DNA of 54,451 nt, filler included, from Sphacelaria rigidula (GCA_964200075.2; 3 parts of 3 records of this genome joined end to end with filler, not necessarily neighbours in it), one strand, 5' to 3'. Positions 24,301-36,510 are shown, numbered from the whole stretch's first letter. A program made the numbers and translations. The notes: generated by a model not told the origin, from the letters alone.

Positions 24301-27300
24301 ATCACGACCATGATGGCGAGAAACATGGGGAGGGCACAGGGGGAGCTGAACCCTCGATGGGTGGTAATGATCAGAGGAACTAACTTGACTAATCACGCTA
24401 CTGTTGACGGGGTGATTCGTCAGCCGCGGAATGTTGAGTGAACGGATCTGAAGAGAAGTCCACGGAAATATCTGAGTTCATGTGCCGTGAAAACACGAGT
24501 CACTTTACCAGGGCTGGGTGACAGCGACTACTGTGGCAGGGTAGGTATAGTGTGGGGCTGGTGAATAGTCCGATACACTTGTCGCCACGCCTCGACGGTC
24601 AAATTGGTACAGCTGACGTCAACGACGTTGGAGGAGTGCGTGCTCGATTGCCGGCGGATACCACTGGGTTTATTTGCGAAAAGCATCTGATCCCCTCAGC
24701 GGAACCTTGAGTACGTGAGTAGCATAGACAGTTTCATAGATGACAGCTGCCGCTGTGCGGAAGACTTCATCCAAACCACGATATCAACAGCTGGAAGCTT
24801 GCCGCGGGTAAAGATGGGATCGTTCTCTCAACCTTCAAGCCACAGAACCGTTTCGAGGAAGAGGGGAGATCGACAGTGTGAAAACACAAAAGATAGGGAC
24901 GTCGCCGTGTACCCCCGCCGTCCTCAAACAGGTGATTTGCGTCTTGAGTTACAAGTACGACGGGCAACGTGCGATATTGCAAGTGAACCTTTTCACATCC
25001 GATAGCAACGTCCGCCTCACATAATTGCAGCACAGCAGCGTTCACATTGAAAATATGACTGTATTTTCATGCTTGTTCTTGGCCGAAATTTTTGTGTAGC
25101 GGCGACTCTGCAAGGTTGCGTCGCCCCCTCCTCCCAGCTGCAGTCTACGCATCCGCATACTGCGCCTCGATCGAAAACAGCATTGTACGTATCCACGAGT
25201 GTTCGTCACATTTCAGCTAGTGTATTCAGGAGCGATATTGTTGCGTCTGAGGTGGGAGGGTAACATGGCTGGCTGGGCATGCTCTCTCATCAGCTTATCG
25301 GCTCGACCTGCACAATCAAAAGTGTTTTCGTGAGATTGCGAGTCTAGGATGTGACTGAGAGTGAGCAGCGGTCAATGAATGAAATAGTGTCAGTTCCGAA
25401 ATGCTCCTCCGGGTCTTTACGAGGCCCAACACGCTAGCTGTGGTATCTTTAGCCACTGAAGCCTTCGATATCCCTGAGGAGGGTATCGACGTGTAGCTGT
25501 AAGGACATGACGGTGTTTCACGCAAATAAAAGCGGAAACGAAATGAAGAGTTGGTCAAATTGGAGCGAATAAGAAACTCCACGCTCAATCACCGCGAGAC
25601 TGTCAATGTCACGAAAACATTTTCACTCGTCATTCCGACAAGCACCGTTGGACAAGAAGCATCGGCAGCATGATCTGCTTTACGCTTGTGTCATTCGAAC
25701 GTAGTAGCGCTACCGACTCGATCGGAGAAACTAGCGCAGTTGGTGCGTGGCCAGAGCGAATGAACGCGTGTTGCCTCAGAAAAGCAATCCTGTGGTATAC
25801 GTTCCAAACATACAAAACAGCGGACGGTGTTTTGTTTAGGTCGACATTATTCACGGTACAAGCAGGCGATTTTAAAAAATGCTCCAGCTCGAACATAATA
25901 GTCCTGAACCAAGGACTGCCCCAGTGCCACCCTTGAGTACGTTTTTGAAAAGACGGCTGCGCAGTTCTGTACTTGATTTCGCCTCATTACTGCAGTACAC
26001 GGTGTGCCGTACTGGAAAAGGGCAGCGCGGAAGGGTGTGGTATCGTATGTTTTCTGAGTCACCCGGACCACGACATGTGGTTCTCCGGAACTGCAGGGCG
26101 GTGCAGTACGGGGCCGGATGACGGTGGCATCTTCCGCGCCGATGGCAGCCGTCGGCATGCCGTACCCACCACTGTCCTGTATGTATTTGATGTACGCGTT
26201 GTAAATGAATTTTGGATGATTCCATCCCAACTACGGTAGTCATCGCGGAAGTAGAGAGGGGACCTCAGATCTCATCCCCTCCGAGAAGCAGGTGGGGTGT
26301 GCTGGACGGCCCTACGGTCCCGCCTCTCTGAAAGCAAGTCCTGACTCCACCGTAGCGTGAACTCGAAGTATGAAGGAGAAGTGAACGGCCGTGAGCATAA
26401 AAGAGCTCCACGGCTCGCCACACACGAAATGTATAACGCACAGATTACCATTCCTCCGACACACCGATCAGTGAAGATAAAAACGCGCTAACGTCCGAAC
26501 GGTGATGGCAACCGCCCCTGGGAAAACGAAAAAATGGAAGTTGAGCAAGGAGCTGAAGATATGAAAAAAATCACGAAATTTGGAAGTAAGGCACCAGCAT
26601 TTTGGATTTTTTTTTATCATGATGAATGATGTTTTGTTCCTCCCGAAACCCCGTGTCACAAGCTTCGAACAATAAAGGGCACAGAGAGCTGTCGAAAGGC
26701 GAAAGTTTGGAAGAAACAATTTCGTGAGGTTCTCACGACTTGCTTCTCGTAGGAGTCATGAGTCATACGTGGTCGTTCGATTCACGTGACGCTGGCTGTC
26801 AGGCATTAGTGTGGGACTTTCATTTGTCTTAGTGTGGTGTGGTGTCAATATTTTGCTGTATTTGGATCGTACGGTTTCGGCGATTCACGATAGACTTCCG
26901 CGCAATAAGGGTAATCTGCTGTACAATACGATGTCATACGATACAGGAGATCGTTGTTGTAGCGCCTGGGAAGATGTGTCGCCAAGCGAAGTATGGATAA
27001 TTATCGTGAAGAACAGCCCGGATGTTTCCAAAAACGCGCACGACCACTCGCAATATTTATAATGAGCTGTGCCAAAAAGAGAATGTGACATGCACATCTC
27101 TGAACAGCACAAGTCTCACACGGCCATGTTCGAACCGGACGGTCAAGTCGAAAATCTCACGTGGACACTTCTGAACCGGACGGAGGCCTCTGAAAGACAC
27201 GTGTTACACCGGATTGTGAAGAGCCTTGGGAAAACGTGGTCGGTCGCTGGAGGCCGAAGGGGCACATTCACTTCTTCAAAGGCCTCGATTTGAAGTGCTG

Positions 27301-27341
27301 TGGAAATTGTCGTCGTTGAATTTGTCATCACCATATGTGGT

Positions 27342-27342
<1 letters not shown>

Positions 27343-27407
<65 letters not shown>

Positions 27408-27408
27408 G
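27343..27408. repeat. (TTG)n microsatellite, ~22 units
   Basis: Seen directly. Confidence 0.95.
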
Positions 27409-27668
27409 CCAAACCTCTCGAACCTGTGGTCACAGGCGTACCAGACTCGACTTTCCAGTTCCGTCCCTGGTGTTACTTTGAAGATATGAACTTTTCAGTG
27501 TTTCTTATGAGACCCTACAAAAACAGAACAAGCGTTACAACTTCACATAAAACGACAACAGAGAGGCGTAAAAAAACAGATGAGAGGTTGATCCTCCTCG
27601 AGTTCATCCTGTGTATTGTGTGTTGTGTTGTGATCCAATCTATTCTGGACTCGGTATACACCTATGAG

Positions 27669-27845
27669 TATATATATATATATATATATACTTCGGACCA
27701 TCTGTCGGGGTCACGGGAGAAGAGTCGACACAGGAGTTTCATTTCGTTTTAATCAGTACTCCACGTCCTTCTGCAGTGCTTATCTTTCTCTTATCGCGAG
27801 AGGGATCCACTTTTTTCACCTCGTCGACCGTGAAGTCAAGTTTTG
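27669..27845 (+). repeat. Dispersed SINE- or LINE-tail-like repeat preceded by (TA)n; second copy at 45988-46965
   Basis: Shared blocks ACACAGGAGTTT, TTATCGCGAGAGGG and CCTCGTCGAC..TGAAGTC.A.TTTTG with 46770-46930. The class is an inference. Confidence 0.65.
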
Positions 27846-28126
27846 GGGGGGAGGTAAGAACGACCCTATCAGACCTGCCAAGACCATGCTCAAAGGAATA
27901 GGGAAAATAGTGTTATTCCGAATGTGCCCGTCGGAGTCGACCCTGGGTTCCTCATGTCACATGAATCGAAAATCACGACTAAATACGCTCGGACGCTTCT
28001 CCTTTCACACACGGAACGTACGCGCGGTAAGGTGCAGTGATGTTGCGGGGGGCGTGTCATCTCTTGGAAACTGAACCAGCGGATAATCTCATTGGACCAC
28101 AGACGATACCTGCGCTTACTGTGACT

Positions 28127-28224
28127 TGTGACGGTTCAAGAGACAACCAAATAGACTACTGACCAGTCAGCGAGAACTAGACTAATGACCAGTCAGCGAG
28201 TTGGTTGTCTCTTGAACCGTCACA
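28127..28224. mobile_element. 98-bp micro-MITE with perfect 24-bp TIRs (TGT...ACA) and 4-bp TSD GACT; Ginger-like
   Basis: TGTGACGGTTCAAGAGACAACCAA (28127-28150) and TTGGTTGTCTCTTGAACCGTCACA (28201-28224). GACT at 28123-28126 and 28225-28228. The interior is two copies of TAGACTA(C/A)TGACCAGTCAGCGAG. Confidence 0.85.
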
Positions 28225-29099
28225 GACTCGAAGCATGTGGCCATGACATATAGTTGTGAAATCCTATTTGACATTTGATGAAGCACTATTGGTAGACGCT
28301 GGAGTATCGAGGAACCTGGTCACCCTCTTCAGTTGCCTACGCAGTCAGAATTATACCATGGATGCGACGGTTGGGCAGGTGTTGTGGAAGACATATTTGC
28401 TGAGCAGTATACTTGGGGTCGTGATCGCCAACAGACCTGTATTGTAGCGGGGGCCGAGCTCTTTATATGTGTGTGCTTCCTGTTGCCGGTGTCTACGCGA
28501 GGCGGCATGCCCTTGCGGTTTGGGAAACATTTGCATCTCGTTTGCTTCCTGGAACTTTCTGACATAAGATGCAGACCACGCAACCGTTTCACGCCGCCGG
28601 TGTTGATGTCATGCGCTCATCGTTCGGGTTTCGGGCATGTGTCAGCCTCTACCCGGATCACGGAGATCGGAGGCCGCTTGGTTGCCGCTCAAAATTGCAG
28701 CCCAGTAACGGCATTTGCTGAGTTTCGATCTTCGACTTTCGATTTGCGATCGAGTAGTTTACGCCGAGACACGCTGTCGGGTTGACAAACGCTGTGTTTG
28801 GAGGTGGTGGGCACCGCTGCAGCCAATCATAGACATAGCTGGTTTTTGTTCGTAATGGTTTGGTTCTCGATGAAGCACGACTTTGAATTGCTGTACTGTA
28901 CCGTACGGAAGGGTCCTGCGTTGCGTTCGTGTAATTACGGCATGGTTCACTGCTTGAGCTTCGGGCGTGCTAAGGTATGCGCTGAGAAATACCAGGCACC
29001 CCTTCGAATTTCATCCTGCATGCACAGGGTTATTTTTACAGGTCATGATCACCCGACCATAATCTGGGTCCTACAGTCCCTTCTCATGTAAAGATCACG

Positions 29100-31786
29100 C
29101 CGAATTCACAGATGATCCACCGTGAAAGTCCACAAATCAGGTCTGCCGAGGAACAAAATGGCCACGCAAGGCCTTTACGGACATTCTCAAAATGCGACTC
29201 GGGATCTGCGTGCAGCTTCAGATTTGTAGACGCCATGAAAGTCGGTCTTCGTCGCATAGCTTCGAGTCTGTTTCATCTGTCCTTCCCGGATTTTGTCACA
29301 TGAATTGACTCCGAGTCTTCCCTCGTTTTCCGACCCAAGTGTCAAGAGTTGACCATGGAGTTTTTTCGCGATGCTTTCCACATGACCGGCGTTACGCATG
29401 TCGTTTTTACGTGTATTACGTTCAACCAGGTCATAGATGGTCATGTGAGAGCTCGCTTGGCGTGAAAAAGGGTTGCTGGTTCCTATTTTTCGCAGAATTT
29501 TCGACAAATCCGAGATTTGCTGAGACGGACGTTTTCAGACGACCAAGCGCGCGAAGTTGCTGCTTCTGAAACAGCACAATGCATAGTTCGATACAGCAAG
29601 GAATCGTGGTCGAGCATACATGCAAACGACCGAAGGGTACTTGAATGTAGTCACTTGTGCACACAACCCAAGTCTTCGAGAGTATGTGTAACGCGGTATC
29701 CGCTGCGAATCAAGCGTGGAGGCATGATAGTCCGACCGTGCTGCTGGTGGACATAGATCGGCCTTGACGACACACCTAGTTCGAGCCGCACTCAAATAGG
29801 GAAACGTGAATGATTGGAGAAGTCGGCGGTTTGGCTGACCGCAGGTCGGTATCCACGTTTCTTTATCGGAGATACCAACCATTGACGAGCGTGCCTACCT
29901 TTGCACGTGGCATGCCTGGGGCACAGGAAATGGAAACTCTGAGAGTCGCGAAGCTTTGTTTGGGCAACTACCTCATTGCCAAGCTAATGCCACGAGGGCG
30001 TAAAGAACGCGGATTCAGTCCCCGCCACATGCGATTGTGACTTCTCGTTCAAAGCATCTGATTTCCGCCTATGCAAGGATGAGGACATGAGTAGACGGAA
30101 ATAACCTGTCCGAGTTTGTGTGACGAGAGTTGACGCGGTGCGGGAGTGTTGATCCAATCCGCGAAATCTGTACCGGAGAGAGAAGTGTCGATCCCTCGAG
30201 ACCAAGGACTCGTCCCGAAGGGGGGAAGGGGTTGGGTATATTACAGAACATGAATGAGGGTGAAGACAACATGCATTTTTTCAAGATGATCGCAAATAAA
30301 TCGGATACCGCAGTTACGGCGACCGAGCGGCCGGCCCCTCAAGTAGTGAAGACACCGTTTTAGTCACTGTGGAGCAGACATCACTGCTGTTGGTCTTGAA
30401 ACCGCTGCCAGCACAGTGTACACGCGGCGACCGCATGCGATACCCTGTGCACGTCGTCGATATGTCCGTCAGTGTTTGTGCACCCACTACCGCAACATAC
30501 AAACAGCCGCAATGACCACGGCACAGCACATCATTCGCCTTTTTCTGTAAACAGCAGTTTTTCGGGCAGTAGGGTCGGCATAGTCAGCGTGCCATGATGT
30601 GGCATTCTGTATGCAACGAGAATCCGCGCCGTCCCGAACCCATGGGTAAGAAACAGTTGCATGTACAAAGTGTTGTCGACGCTCTTCTCAAGTTATGATT
30701 AGATCGCATGCCGATTCAGAACAAGCGCTTTAGAACCGTGAAGTCGCGGGCAACATATACTTTTTTCTCCACGCTGACGCACCGACTGTGCTGTTCCCGC
30801 GTTTGTGTGTCTGACGGTGATGTTGAAGACGCGATCACTGTGACGAAATCTATAACGCCCAGCAGGAGAGTGAACTAGAAACTGGTTCGAACCATGCGAA
30901 AAACGACACTTTTGTACGCCTGCCCAAACCTCGTGGAGCTCCCCCGCCGGCATTAAATACTGTACTTCGACTGTACGTGGAGTAAGTGTCGGCGTTGCGG
31001 AAGCCCATGGTGCTATGTATGTTGAGTGGGGGTTTGCTGCGGCAATACTCTGATACAAATCAAGTTTCTAGGAGTCGTTCCAGAGCTGGTCTTCACCACG
31101 TCAGTATGAGCTTCAAGATTGGGGGAGAGGTCACGAGGCCTCAACCAGCCGGCGTAGTCGCTGCACATTCGAAAGCTGCTGGAACGTGCGCCAAGGTCAT
31201 GGGGGTGGTGATAGCAACAGATCTGAGCTACGAGGGGCTTGGTGCGCCGGCTTTAGGGCTCTTTGCGACTAGTTTGACCAAAATTCTCCCAACAAAACGT
31301 CTTTTCAGATATTCTGATGCTGATTTATTCGTTTCAACGTCTTTCATCTCACTATTCACCGAGTGTGCAACAGAGCTGAACGGCCGATGCCATGTGGTCA
31401 TTTACAGGGCTCTCGCAAAGGTGCTTGCGGTTCATAAAACACACCGCCCTTGCCCAGTCCGTCGTCCCGTCCAAACCTGTGGCATCGCCGTGACCCTTCG
31501 CCCAAGCCATCGGACTAGACGTAGCATTTTGCTGGCGCGTTTCAAGCATCGAAAAATGACTGCGCCCCATAGCACTTTCTGGTACAAATGCGCATCCAAA
31601 AGAACATATACTACGAAATGATCCCTTACTTTAGCGATACTGCAATCCACCCCCGTGTTCATTCTGCAGACGTCTTCGTTGCTGGGTTGTCAGCCTGTGA
31701 TCTGCAAGCCCTGACTTGTGTGCTTCTGCATGTATCGACGTGTTGGATCTCTTTTTCACGGCTGTGCACGGAAACCATTTTCACCA
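29100..31786 (-). mobile_element. Possible highly decayed Helitron Rep-like coding relic
   Basis: Minus-strand ADNPA (~31690), followed by G..GTT...(Y)EPQA and a degenerate L-x-D-H-M (~31480-31390), loosely resembling the Helitron E-x-Q-x-RG-x-LH-x-H motif. Weak. Confidence 0.25.
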
Positions 31787-32973
31787 CGAGCTGGGCCATC
31801 TGAGAAGCGATTACATATAGAGTTGGACCCTGAAATTTGGTGTGGACAGTGAATGGGGCAAAAAAACAAGAATTACCAGTGCACACCAGATTTTTTTTTC
31901 CATGAGTCAGGGGCATTTCACCGATATCTGAAAACTGATTATTGCCCTTAACTCATGAAAAAAGAGATAAAGCCCCTGTGTGCACCAGCAATTTCTTTTA
32001 TTATGCCCTCTTCATTGTCCATACCAAAGTTCAGGGTCGAACTCTAAGTATTGGCCGTATGATGAGCCGTTCGGTGACGTTATCAGAAGAAATTCGGAAC
32101 AGGATTTTGCAGGCCACTTACCGGCCCACGTTTGATGTTTGTGCATTGAAACTTTGTGTGGGCCATGGCTAGGGCATCAATGACGAAACGAAGTGAGCCG
32201 GGTTGATTTTTTCTCACTTTTTCACTGCTTGAGGGCGTTTTAGTATAGAAACCGCCATTTTTCAACGAGAACACCCGAACCTCTGCCGAAAAAGAAAACT
32301 GAGGGCTCATTTTATTTTTTTAATTAAGCATACCTCTGTGGTTCTTTATCGGGAGTTTTATATCAGAATTCTAAAAATTGAGCTCAAAAATTGAGTTGAG
32401 GCCCAAAAGCAGTGTTCATTTCTCCTCAAAACTGCGCCAAAAACCTGAAAACAAAATGAAATAAAACGAAATAATTGAAAAAGCTGTGTTTAGAAGCTTT
32501 ATTATGCACTAGCGGTTCTACATACGACAAGTTCCAGCATAACCCTCAAAACCGGAGACGCGATATTCAGGTTTAGCTAATCTAGCACATCTGCTTGTAA
32601 TGTACTGATTTTAGTATAAAAACTTATGTGCGCCATACCTCGAGATAGATTACGCCTTAAGTGGAGGGGAGGGTATCTATCCTCTCCCCGTGCTCCAGGG
32701 AATGTCCACACCAAAATTCGTCGTCATCCGCTGAATGCATCGATCGGGGGTTCCATAGAGATTTTAATATGGACGCTATCTCCCTCAGGTATAGAAATTA
32801 CTCGACATGGGGTTTAATCAACGAGAAAATATGGGCCCAAAAGTTTGAACAGATGGGCACCTTCCCCTCATGGTGAGACGATTAATACAATATGCGGATC
32901 ATGGCCCAATTCGTCCGTGTCGACGAGTTATTGCTTTGAGGGCTTCAATCCGTGTCTAGGCTGGCCCAGCTCG
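31787..32973. mobile_element. Tc1/mariner-type non-autonomous element, family C, copy 1
   Basis: TIR CGAGCTGGGCCA...TGGCCCAGCTCG followed by TA (left flank CA). Colinear with 48900-50106, e.g. TACTGATTTTAGTATA.AAC.TTATGTGCGCCAT and AGATGGGCACCTTCCCCT. Internal palindrome at 31818-32047. Confidence 0.85.
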
Positions 32974-33086
32974 TACCATTTTTTTATTCTTTTCAACCTT
33001 CGACTCACAACAACCTCCAGGTGTTTGTCGATCATGCTACCGCAGGTGAGTAGTCTTCGACGAAGCACCACGCAAAAGAGGAGCTG

Positions 33087-36000
33087 ATGGCCGACGTCAC
33101 GCAAATAGAGTGCATCAACGAGGGCTGCTGCAAGAAATCAGCGTTTGGTGCAGCAGGAAGCAAGAAGGCGGAGTTTTGCTCCGAGCATGCCCGGGCGGGA
33201 ATGATTTATATGATGAGCGAAAAGTGCGGCGACAAGGGCTGCTCGATCATTCCGTCCTTCGGTGTAGCGGGAAGCAGGAAGACGGAGTTCCTCTCCAAGC
33301 ACGCCAGAGCTGGAATGAATAATATGACCAGCAAAAAGTTCGGCGATCAGGGCAGCTCCACCCAGCCGTCGTATGGTAAAGCCGGAGGGGGGAAGGCGGA
33401 GTTCTGCTCCAACCATGCCAGGGCGGGAATGGCGAGTATGAAGAGCAAGAAGTGCGGCGACGAGGGCTGCTCCACCCACCCGTCGTATGGTATAGCCGGA
33501 GGCAGGAAGGCGGAGTTCTGCGCCAAGCATGCCACGGTGGGCATGGTGAATGTGGTGAGCAGGAAGTGCGGCGACGGCGGCTGCTCCAAGCAGCCCTCGT
33601 TTGGTGTAGCGGGGAGCAAAAAGGCGGAGTTCTGCGCTAAGCATGCCAAGGCGGGAATGGTGAATTGTTCAAAACAACGTGCGGCGACGAGGGCTGCTTC
33701 ACGCATCCGTCGTATGGTGTAGCGGGAAGCAAGAAGGCGCGGTTCTGCTCGAAGCATGCCAGCGCGGGAATGGTAAATGTAGTGGACAAGAGGAGGGTCG
33801 ACGAGGACTGCTCCACGCATCCGTCGTTCGGCGTAGCGGGGAGCAAAAAGGCGGAGGTTTGCTCCAAGCATGCCAGGGCGGGAATCTTGAATGTGATCAA
33901 CACGACGTGCGGCGACGAGGGCTGCTCCAAGCAGCCGTCGTTTGGTGTAGCGGGAAGCAAAAAGGCGGAGTTCTGCTTTAGGCATGCTAAGGCGGGCATG
34001 GTGAATGTGGTCAAGAGGAAGTGCGGCGACGAGGGCTACTCCAAGCAGCCGTCGTATGGTGTATTACGGAGCACGCAGGCGGAGTTCTGTTCGAAGCATG
34101 CTCGGGCGGAAATGGTGAATGTGGTGAGCAGAAAATGCGGTGACGGGAGCTGCCCGAAGCAGCCGTTGTATGGTGTAGCGGGAAGCAAGGAGGCGGAATT
34201 CTGCTTTAAGCATGACAGAGCGGGCATGGTAAATGTGGTGGGCAAGAAGTGCGGCGACGAGGGCTGCTCCAAGCAGCCGTCGTTTGGTGTAGCGGGGAGC
34301 AAAAGCCGGAGTTCTGCTCCGAGCATGCCAGGGCGGGCATGGTGAGTGTGAAGCGCAAGCCGTGCGACCAGGAGGGATGCTCCATCATTCCGTCGTATGG
34401 TGTAGCGGGAAGCAAGAAGGCGGAGTTCTGCTCCAAGCATGCCAGAACGGGAATGATTCATTTCAGACACAAGGCGTGCAGCGACGAGGGCTGCTCCATG
34501 CATTCGTCGTTCGGCGTAGCGGGGAGCAAGAAGGCGGATTTCTGCTTTAGGCATGCTAGGGTGGGCATGGTGAATGTGAAAAACATGACGTGCGGCGACA
34601 GGGGATGCACCATCATTCCGTCGTTTGGTGTAGCGGGGAGCAAGAAGGCGGAGTTCTGCCTTAGGCATGCTAGGGCGGGTATGGTAAAAATGTGAAAAAC
34701 ATGACGTGCGGCGACGAGGGCTGCTCCATGCAGCCGTCGTATGGTGTAGCGGGGAGTAAAAAGGCGGAGTTCTGCCCTAGGCATGCTAGGGCGGGCATGG
34801 TGAATGTGAAAAACACAACGTGTGGCGACGAGGGCTGCTCCAAGCAGCCGTCGTATGGTGTAGCGGGGAGCAAAAAGGCGGAGTTCTGCCTTAGGCATGC
34901 TAGGGCGGGCATGGTGAATGTGAGAAACACGACGTGCGGCGACGAGGGCTGCTCCAAGCAGCCGTCGTATGGTGTAGCGGGAAGCAGGAAGGCGGAGTTC
35001 TGCTCCGAGCATGCTAGGACGGGCATGGTGAATGTGGTGGGCAGAAAGTGCGGCGACGAGGGCTGCTCCAAGCAGCCGTCGTATGGTGTAGCGGGGAGCA
35101 AGAAGGCGGAGTTCTGCGCCAAGCATGCCAAGGCGGGCACGGTGAATGTGGTGAAGAGGAAGTGCGGCGACAAGGAATGCTCCAAGCAGCCGTCGTATGG
35201 TGTAGCGGTAAGCAAAAAGGCGGAGTTCTGCTTTAGGCATGCTAGGGCGGGCATCGTGTATAGGGTGAAAAGGAGGTGCGGGGACGAGGGCTCCTCCACG
35301 CAGCCGTCGTATGGTGTAGCGGGGAGTAAAAAGGCGGAGTTCTGCTTTAGGCATTCTGAGGCGGGCATGGTAGATATGGTAAACAGGAAGTGCGAGGACG
35401 AGGACTGCTCCAAGCGGCCGTCGTATGGTGTAGTGGGAAGCAAGAAGACGGAGTTCTACTCCACGCATGCCAGGGCGGGCATGGTGAATGTGGTGAGCAG
35501 GAAGTGCGGCGACAAGGGCTGCTCCAAGCAGCCGTCGTATGGTGTACCAGGAAGCAAGAAGGCGAAGTTCTGCTCCGAGCATGCCAGGACTGACATGGTG
35601 AATGTGAAAAACACGAGGTGCGGCGACAAGGAATGCGTTGCATCGGATATCTCCAGGAAACGCAGTCTTGATGCACAGCTCTGTCAACAGCATGCTACTG
35701 CACACAATACAGCTACTGTGCGCAACACTGCGGAGCTCAACACTGGGGTGACCGCCTGACGGCGGATAGTGGAGGAATCGTTGCTGATGTACGAGGAGCC
35801 AAGCGCCATTGCGCAGCATACCCTGGGTCTAGTGCAACAGACTGTGTTGGTGTTCGCCCCAAAGTGTGCCCCGGTCCCAGACGTGGTAGTACAACACCAC
35901 CGGTGCTCTTAGGACAGCTGCCCGTAGGGGACCATGGTGAGGCGTCTCCAGGGGCAAAAGCGGGGGCAGGAATGAAGGTAGAGCTGGCCGTCTCTTCTGC

Positions 36001-36256
36001 TCCTTATCATTGGGATGGAATGAAAGAGTTCAGCGGGCGGGCTGCTTCTTCGCATGGTTGGAGCAGCGTAGGAGGTAATGGTAGCTCCAGCGGGAGCGGC
36101 AGTCGTGGTGTGAGTATGAGACGGGTATGTGGTTCGCCAGCAGTGGTATCTGGGTGTGCTGGTACGTTTGAGAGTGTACCCCAAGCTCCAATTTCACGGT
36201 ACTGCTTTCATAGCTATTATGAAAGCATCGCGGCTTCGGATAAGGGCATTTCATAG
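33087..36256 (+). pseudogene. EsV-1-7 cysteine-rich repeat protein: 23 x 38-aa repeats plus C-terminal tail, frameshifted as assembled
   Basis: 114-bp tandem units encode CGDEGC-SKQPSYGVAGSKKAEF-CSKH-ARAGMVNV, the C-X4-C-X16-C-X2-H EsV-1-7 motif. Split across ORFs 33087-33722, 33665-34345, 34249-34695 and 34692-35759, plus an open tail frame ~35756-36256. Indels near 33667 (-1), 34305 (-1), 34688 (+2) and probably ~35750. Several units have lost a Cys. Confidence 0.9.
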
Positions 36257-36272
36257 CCGGAAAATAGAAGGC

Positions 36273-36372
36273 NNNNNNNNNNNNNNNNNNNNNNNNNNNN
36301 NNNNNNNNNNNNNNNNTTAATTAATTAANNNNNNNNNNNNNNNNNNNNNNNNNNNNNNNNNNNNNNNNNNNN
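36273..36372. other. Artificial 100-nt contig spacer
   Basis: 44 N + TTAATTAATTAA + 44 N, identical to 18088-18187. Confidence 0.97.
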
Positions 36373-36510
36373 CGGTGCTTCGTCTCGGAAGGGATGCGTG
36401 GTCAATGGTCAAACGACTAAGGCAAGCAACAAATGAGAACGCCCCCCTTCCCCTCACCCTTCCCCTACCCATCCTGCCCACCGCCGCTGTAATGAAATCA
36501 CAACCGATAG

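Noticed and set aside
33087-35759. Integrated phaeovirus, or a CRISPR-like array
   Set aside because: No NCLDV core genes are nearby and the domain is a known host family. The repeats are contiguous and coding, with no unique spacers.
33138-35819. Long antisense and alternative-frame ORFs over the EsV-1-7 array (e.g. 34458-35819, 453 aa)
   Set aside because: These are shadows of a GC-rich 114-bp repeat whose length is a multiple of 3.
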